Shown here piece by piece: positions 37,288 to 43,972 of a DNA stretch of 43,972 nucleotides. The stretch lies in contig MU271188.1 in the NCBI GenBank assembly GCA_021432655.1, positions 177,683-221,654 of the forward strand, in the 5' to 3' direction. The stretch comes from Atractiella rhizophila. Its lineage: Eukaryota. The position numbers and the translations under genes are program-made. Under the pieces are notes generated by a model that saw only the letters and a program-made list of their open reading frames with translations, was not told the DNA's origin and ran no database searches. Within the stretch, counting starts at the first letter, position 1. The number at the start of each line of letters is the position of its first letter.

Positions 37288-38869
37288 ATGGAAGTACTAC
37301 CAAACTTTCAGTTTCCAGAGAAGTCAAAGGCAGCAATCCTCAATGCCAGGGATAAGCCCTACACAATCATCCATGACCATCCAGTGGGCAAGCCTGGAAA
37401 AGGAGAAGTACTTGTCAAGTTGAAGGTGACTGGATTGTGTCATAGCGACACCATGCCTAGACACGTTGATGGCGCAGCTGGTTCCATTATTCCTATCATC
37501 GGTGTGTTTACTTCGCATCCACTCAGGGTCCTCTTCTCTGACGACATTACAGGAGGTCATGAAGGTATCGGGATAGTCGTTGCCCGTGGAGAAGGTGTTG
37601 AGGCGCCCGAACTTGGGAGCAGAGGTCAGTTCACTCGATTATACTAGAGCTACGCCCAGCTCAACAAGTAGTCGCTACGCCTTGTCAGTGGGAATACGCT
37701 GGGACGCCAATGCCTGTGGCGGGTGCGATGTCTGCTTGAGCGGATACGAGACGTCTTGCAAGCAGAACATGGCTGAGTATAATGGATATCGACAGTGAGT
37801 GTTTGTTGTCATCAATTTCCAATCAATTAACTAACATTCAAATGTAAGGCACGGCACATTTCAAGAATACAGGATTGCGAAAGCTCGTAGATCGATTTTT
37901 CTAAAGATTTTGAAAAAAACTGATCTGTATTCCCTTAAGCATTTGTAGTTCCCATACCTGACGCCATCGACGACCTTCAGGCAGCGCCATTAATGTGAGT
38001 CAGTCTTCGATGGCCGTACGCACCCTGACGACAAGTAGGTGCGCTGGGGTAACTGTATACAAAGGTTTAAAGTTGTCCAATCCTCTCGCTGGAACATGGG
38101 TGCGTCTTTTTATTTACCACGGTGATCAAGCTCAGAATTGTCCAGGTTTGTTTTCCAGGTGTGTATTCACGTTCTCATCACATCATTGCACTGAAGTGGG
38201 TGTAGGCGGAGGAGGAGGACTGGGCCATCTTGGAATCCAGTTTAGCAAGGCATTTGGCTGCAAGGTCATAGCTATTGATGCTCCAGACAAAGAAGAGCTT
38301 TGCAAGAAATGTGGAGCCGACGTGTTCATCGACTTTACCAAGTCTAAGGACGTCGTCGCGGATGTGATAGCAGCAACTGATGGCGGACCTCATACGTAAG
38401 TTCCACTTGGTACTGTATCCAGAGGACCAACTGAAAGTCTGCACAAAACAGGACCCTTGTCACTACAGCTGTTCCATCAGCATACACACAAGGTAAGTTG
38501 CCGGGTTGTGAACGAGAAACGAGTCGCTGAAACTGGAGGATAGCAATTCTCTATGCCCGGCCACTTGGGACGGTTGTTTTCATTGGTTTGACCATGGCCT
38601 CGTGTGTCTTCTTCTCTTCTCTTCACTCCACCATTTATTCTGACTTCTCGTAAGATTTCCAACTGGACCAATGATCGGAAAACATCTGAAACTCATCGGT
38701 TCTGCCACCGGAACACGTCTTGATGCCTCTGGAGACCATTCAATTTGCCCAGCTACATAACATCAAGGTAAATGTGGAAGAGAGGAAGTTGGAAGATATC
38801 GAGACTTCCATGCAGGAATTGGAGAAGGGCAAAATTTCTGGACGAATTGTGCTCAGGATTGCTGATTGA
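37288..38869 (+). CDS. Zinc-dependent alcohol dehydrogenase (MDR superfamily) with an apparent +1 frameshift at ~38728
   Basis: [54 protein letters not shown]. The C-terminal GKISGRIVL is out of frame relative to [12 protein letters not shown]. Confidence 0.88.
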
Positions 38870-39342
38870 AGGAAGGGAGTTGAGTGTGTATCCGTGTAAT
38901 TCGCTGAAGAGGTCATCAAATAAAATCGGAAGTCACAAGTTTGTATCGACTTATCTCGTCCTGCTATTTCCCACACTAGCACTTTGGTTCACGGAACAAA
39001 GAATCCATTTTTATAGGTCCAAACGGGGCCCAAAGGAGGTAAACTGAAGTAGCGAAAACCGATAATGGAAGAGTTAAGACGTAAAGCGACCATCGCAGCT
39101 CTGGTCGCAATTCTAAGTTTGCAGGTCGTAGAGTCTTATTTAAGGGGACGTCTACAGATCATTTGAAGTTCTAGAGGGATAGAAGAATTCCTTCAATATC
39201 ACTAAGTGAATACAGAGAAAATCTCAGTCAAATGACAACTCTCGTTCCGTGTCAAAATGAATTCGAGTAGCTCTGTTCGGCTCAATTACTCGCGACTTCT
39301 AAAAGAGCATGACGACGCACCTTTGTTTCCATCTCAAAGTCT

Positions 39343-39774
39343 TTACTTGGATGTCTTCGTGCCGTTGCTGGTCTGTGTAAATCCTCCACCAGAAGAGGTG
39401 GTGTAGTTCGCGTTTCCCTTCCCGTCATTATAGTAGGTAGACCCATTCTGACACCAATGCATAATCAACATAACTCATGCCGTAGATCAAGTAAATACTT
39501 ACCGGGTTGGAGTAATAGTAAGACCCGTTGCTGTTCGAATGCTAAATGATTAATAAGAAGCGACTCAGAAGAAAGACGGACGTGTTGGAATAATGGTAGC
39601 TGTTGCTATTAGAAGCAGAAGACCCATAGTCCCTCGAGCAATAGTGATTCCCCTTCAACCATAAACCATCCTTCATACCCTTGAACGTGGCAGAGGTGGA
39701 CGAACCTGAGAATTAGTGCCTGAGGAAGTATAGGTGTAACCAGTACCTGTAGTGTTGCTGCCTTTGGAGGACAT
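39343..39774 (-). CDS. Small Ser/Asn/Gly/Tyr-rich conserved fungal protein of unknown function (4 exons)
   Basis: MSSKGSNTTGTGYTYTSSGTNSQ|GNHYCSRDYGSSASNSNSYHYSNT|NGSYYYSNP|NGSTYYNDGKGNANYTTSSGGGFTQTSNGTKTSK*. Canonical introns; TATAAAA on the minus strand at 39868-39874. Absent from the ORF track. Confidence 0.85.
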
Positions 39775-40146
39775 GATTGATTGACTTTTTCTGAGTGGAG
39801 ATGCTAGATGCAGGGATGTTCGGAGTTGGAGAACGGGGGAAGCAGGAAGGGAAAGGCAGAAGAAGCCTTTTATAGGGTGGCATTAACAATCAATCGGTAC
39901 CGCTGCAACGGTCGCAAACTTCGCGACGCGCTCATTTGGTCGCGGTTGGTTTTGTTTGTTGGAAGATAAGGCGATCATATCTGAACCTAACCAACCAGCA
40001 GCTGGGAGCAACAAAGAGTTCACATGCAGACACAGGTAGCGAGCGCTGAAAGGCTGAGCAGTTGTAGATGGGTATATCAAAATGAAGTGCAATGAAAGCG
40101 ATACAGTTGTCAAACAGCAAAGCAGAAACACAGTGAATGAAAGGAC

Positions 40147-41587
40147 TCAAGGAGCAGTCGATTTCCTCTTGAGTTTCTTCTTCACCTCCGCCTTCGGTGC
40201 CTTTACTGCCTTTCCCTCTTTCTCTTCATCCATGCCAGCATCTAAAGACTTCCGCTTCTTCCTGACCACCTCTCCCGCCTCCTTTTCCTTTCTTTTCTCT
40301 CCAACATTGCCCTTGTTTGTCTCCAGCTTCTCCACTACGGCACCAGTCGCCGCAAGATCGACAGACTTCCGTTTCTTCTTCGGTGGCTCTCCCTTTTCTT
40401 TCACCACTCTTTCTTCCGGATGCTCCTTCAACCACTCCTCAACCTCGTCCACTAACTCTCCTCCTTCAGCTTCGACCTCCTCTATCCTCTTCCGCTTCTT
40501 CTCTCCCCCTTCCTGCCAGTCCCAGAACCTCCCTCCGCTCCCTCCTATCTCGCAGTTCCACACGGGCAAACTGGTCGACTTGTCTGTCTTGATTTGCAAG
40601 GCCTGGACGTTATCCCAGCCGCCCGGTATGCGGACTGTAAGGTGAGGCAGAACAGACAGAAGGTTTTCGGTCAATTGAGCAGGATTGTGTAGGGAAATGG
40701 AGCCGAGACGAATCGTGTGACATGTTCCTCGAGAGAGGGAGAGGTAGGTAGATGCAATGCTGCGCTCGAGAGTTGCTTTAAGGGTAGAGGGATTAGTGAT
40801 CCGTACAGGGATAGGACGCCTATTCAGACAACATTAACTGAGCTTTGTGGTGGTGGAGCCGCAAACATACTTGTTACTCTCCATCCAGTTTTTCCCCAAT
40901 AATTTGGGCATCATCTCCACCACCCTATCATCCACTAAGAATCGGTCGTATTCCTTCATTAGTTCACGTCGAGCTTCAAAAGCCTTGAATTTTCCTGTCC
41001 AATCACATTCGTTAAGCCTTAATCACTGCTGATATGCAAGGCGTACAAACCTTTCAACTTGGAGATCCCAACCACACGACCAATAAAGCCAATTTCCTTC
41101 TCTCGTAATAGATCTTTATATTCCCTTTGTGGGTCTTTGACGATCAAACAGACAGCATGAGTCTTCGGCGGCTTCATGACAGGATGTTTGAGTGGTCTTT
41201 CAGAACAAACACAGAAAGAACAATAAACACAGTCTGACCATAATGGTTGGATGAAAAGACATACATCTCGTAAGGCAAATGCCTCTCCTTCTTCAACATA
41301 TTCTTCACTCCCACAACAAGCCAAACCCACTGATCCTCTCCGGTCTGAAGCATATCCTCCTTTTCTTTCTCCTTATTGTGTTTCTGCACATGCTTTACAA
41401 GAGCCTCTATAGCTTTTGAGGATTGGGAGGGTATGGAAGCTGGCAAGGAAGAAATCGGAGGAAGTGGTGGAGGAGAAGGAGCTGGTGCAACGGGCTTTCG
41501 CACGTAGAGCAGAGGGTCGAGAGCTGGCGCCTGTTCTCCGGTCAAGCCATAAACATATGCTCAGCGCTGAGGAAAATGCCTTACCAT
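40147..41587 (-). CDS. Ribosomal L1 domain-containing protein (Cic1/Utp30/RSL1D1 family)
   Basis: ATG-only first exon (41585-41587, then gtaagg). KAIEALVKH, PLKHP, VCLIVKDPQREYK, RVVGISKLKG|KFKAFEARREL..YDRFLVDDRV..MPKLLGK, GGWDNVQALQIKTDKSTSLPVW; Lys/Glu-rich tail. Confidence 0.92.
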
Positions 41588-41756
41588 ATCTACTACCCAA
41601 GCTCGAACTTGAAGTAAGGCTGCTGGTGGAAATTTTTTGGTTGATCGGAAGAGAGCTTCGTGTCACACTTCCGAAAGGTTGATTTCACTGCCGTCACAGT
41701 CCGCATTGCAGCGAGGGCAGCGTGCAACAAAACGACGACTGCAGAGCCTCATCGAT

Positions 41757-42336
41757 ATGGAGTCAGAGGAATTCGAAGAACCCCCTCTTCCTGAAGTCGA
41801 GTCTGAGCCTCTTGGACTTGAAGATTTGGAGCTGGTCGACGCAGTGGGTATTGACGCCGAGCCTGGCCTCGACGCGGCCTTGGGGGACCCACTCACTGGA
41901 CCAGGGGATGTGATTGTAGACGAGGAAGAAGGAAGTGCCATGGTGCTATTGAAGAGCTATACCACGCTCGACTTCCTTATTGGCCTTTTTATTACGCTTG
42001 GAGGTAGATCCTTTCTTGTCTAACGTGGAAGAGACCTGAGTTTGTTTTTACAGCCTCCATCCTTAATGCTTTAGGTGCGTGTCTCTCTCTATCTTGAAAG
42101 CTACCTTGAACTCATGAGTGCCTGTAGGATTAAACCTTGTTAAACTCTCACACAAGCAAAGCGAGTCCTCTCGAAACCGGTCCTCCTTCCGTCCACTGGC
42201 GTTTGTCGCTCCCCTCCAACGTGCAAAGAAGCGAGCTAACGAAGCCAAACCCACTGATCCTCTCCGGTCTGAAGCATATCCTCCTTTTCTTTCTCCTTAT
42301 TGTGTTTCTGCACATGCTTTACAAGAGCCTCTATAG
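41757..42336 (+). pseudogene. Truncated 5' copy of the NIPA-type transporter gene
   Basis: Same first exons as the gene at 42681, but it runs into the duplication junction at 42241/42242 and stops at 42336. Confidence 0.75.
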
Positions 42337-42511
42337 CTTTTGAGGATTGGGAGGGTATGGAAGCTGGCAAGGAAGAAATCGGAGGAAGTGGTGGAGGAGA
42401 AGGAGCTGGTGCAACGGGCTTTCGCACGTAGAGCAGAGGGTCGAGAGCTGGCGCCTGTTCTCCGGTCAAGCCATAAACATATGCTCAGCGCTGAGGAAAA
42501 TGCCTTACCAT
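42236..42511 (-). pseudogene. Truncated 5' copy of the ribosomal L1-domain gene
   Basis: Identical start; ends ..DQWVWLR* immediately across the junction. Confidence 0.75.
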
Positions 42512-42680
42512 ATCTACTACCCAAGCTCGAACTTGAAGTAAGGCTGCTGGTGGAAATTTTTTGGTTGATCGGAAGAGAGCTTCGTGTCACACTTCCGAAA
42601 GGTTGATTTCACTGCCGTCACAGTCCGCATTGCAGCGAGGGCAGCGTGCAACAAAACGACGACTGCAGAGCCTCATCGAT

Positions 42681-43972
42681 ATGGAGTCAGAGGAATTCGA
42701 AGAACCCCCTCTTCCTGAAGTCGAGTCTGAGCCTCTTGGACTTGAAGATTTGGAGCCGGTCGACGCAGTGGGTATTGACGCCGAGCCTGGCCTCGATGCG
42801 GCCTTGGGGGACCCACTCACTGGACCAGGGGATGTGATTGTAGACGAGGAAGAAGGAAGTGCCATGGTGCTATTGAAGAGCTATACCACGCTCGACTTCC
42901 TTATTGGCCTTTTTATTACGCTTGGAGGTAGATCCTTTCCTGTCTAACGTGGAAGAGACCTGATTTTGTTTTTACAGCCTCCATCCTTAATGCTTTAGGT
43001 GCGTGTCTCTCTCTATCTTGAAAGCTACCTTGAACTCATGAGTGGTTGTAGGATTAAACCTTGTTAAACTCTCACACAAGCAAAGCGAGTCCTCTCGAAA
43101 CCGGTCCTCCTTCCGTCCACTGGCGTTTGTCGCTCCCCTCCAACGTGCAAAGAAGCGAGCTAACGGTTGGGTTGCAGAATCCTCGGTCTGCTCCTCTACA
43201 TTCTCTCTCAACTTGTAGGAAGTACATTAGCGCTTTCCTACCTTCGCGCGGAATGGGTTGCGCCGTTAGGATCCACTTCGCTCATATTCAACTTCATCTT
43301 TGCCAATCTGCTGGTAGGGACTAAAATTACAAGAACTGATATTGTTGGCACTCTCACGATTGTAGTTGGAGTTGTCGGTGTACGTCCCTTCCCCTCTTAC
43401 CCCCCTCTTATCCATAAAATGCCTACCATGGTTTGTGGTGACCAGGTCGTCCTGTTCTCTCAAATGCGACGCGGTGCAATCGACGTCGAATCAAACCTCT
43501 CGCTCTCCACTCTCAAGGATTTATGGGCGCGAAGCGGATGGATAACGTACCTAATCTTCCTTGAAAGTGCCACCATCACGCTCTTCTGGCTCGCAACAAT
43601 AGGAGACGAAGTCCTGTTCGAGTCCCAGCGAATGGAGACACTACCCACCATAGTCGAGTCGGACAGCGAGACCGAGACGCAGACGAATGGAGGGAGGAGA
43701 CGGCTGGATGTAGCGATGGAGAAGAAGAGTCTTGCGGATCGGGCAAAGATGGTTCTGGAGTGGGGTAAGAAGGGGAAGAAGAGGGCGAGGAGGGTGAGGA
43801 GAAACGTCAAGGCGAGGTTTGAAGGGTGGAGCATGAGACAACAGGAGATAACGGTGAAGAAGACAGTTGGTTTCTTGTGGGCTGCAACTGGTGGATTGCT
43901 CGCTGGCCAGAGTTTGGTCTTTGCTAAGTCGGCTGTCAAACTCGTTTCGGCTAGTTTCAGTGGGAAAGAGGG
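42681..43972 (+). CDS. NIPA/DUF803-type Mg2+ transporter (DMT superfamily), 5' part; runs off the window end
   Basis: FLIGLFITLG|ASILNAL|GLNLVKLSH..RPL|ILGLLLYILSQLVGSTLALSYLRAEWVAPLGSTSLIFNFIFANLLVGTKITRTDIVGT ... LWAATGGLLAGQSLVFAKSAVKL. Confidence 0.88.

Larger units (their letters stand above)
41318..43165. repeat. Near-identical 924-bp tandem duplication (41318-42241 / 42242-43165)
   Basis: The ORF track repeats with an exact offset of 924. About 6 substitutions were seen (gctggtc/gccggtc, gacgcg/gatgcg, ttcttg/ttcctg, gagttt/gatttt, gcct/ggtt) and no indels. Confidence 0.97.

Noticed and set aside
16298..38869. Secondary-metabolite cluster (ABC transporter, ADH, ERG8)
   Set aside because: No PKS, NRPS or terpene synthase backbone; the genes are interspersed with housekeeping genes.
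41318..43165. 924-bp direct repeats as LTRs
   Set aside because: They abut directly, lack TG..CA ends and internal gag/pol, and consist of host gene 5' ends.
43460..43939. 159-aa minus-strand ORF and similar antisense ORFs over known genes (e.g. 40082-40645, 12651-13241)
   Set aside because: They are antisense shadows of well-supported genes on the opposite strand.

Overview
Gene-dense eukaryotic (fungal) DNA with many short (~45-65 nt) GT-AG introns. Gene content and intron style suggest a basidiomycete, possibly Pucciniomycotina (inference). Splicing by eye gives about 19 protein-coding genes: an MscS-like channel (partial), GT71 mannosyltransferase, GH47 mannosidase, a secreted poly-Ala repeat/Kex2-site protein, an unknown membrane protein, a SYLF/Ysc84-domain protein, an ABCC transporter, a hydrophobin, an Rsa3-like protein, GUA1, a GH16, a DUF262 protein, a small helical protein, CDC1-like phosphoesterase, ERG8, a Zn-ADH with an apparent frameshift, a small Ser/Asn/Tyr-rich protein, a ribosomal-L1-domain protein and a NIPA-type transporter (partial). 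The best observations are: (1) a 4-exon class II hydrophobin not visible as a complete ORF in the track, from a class regarded as ascomycete-restricted; (2) a silk-like/repellent-like secreted polyprotein; (3) two ~620-nt hairpin-rich introns in neighbouring genes; (4) two tandem duplications (~0.6 kb and 924 bp) that each capture upstream region plus start codon(s). No rRNA, tRNA, CRISPR array or intact transposon was recognised. All exon boundaries are manual predictions.
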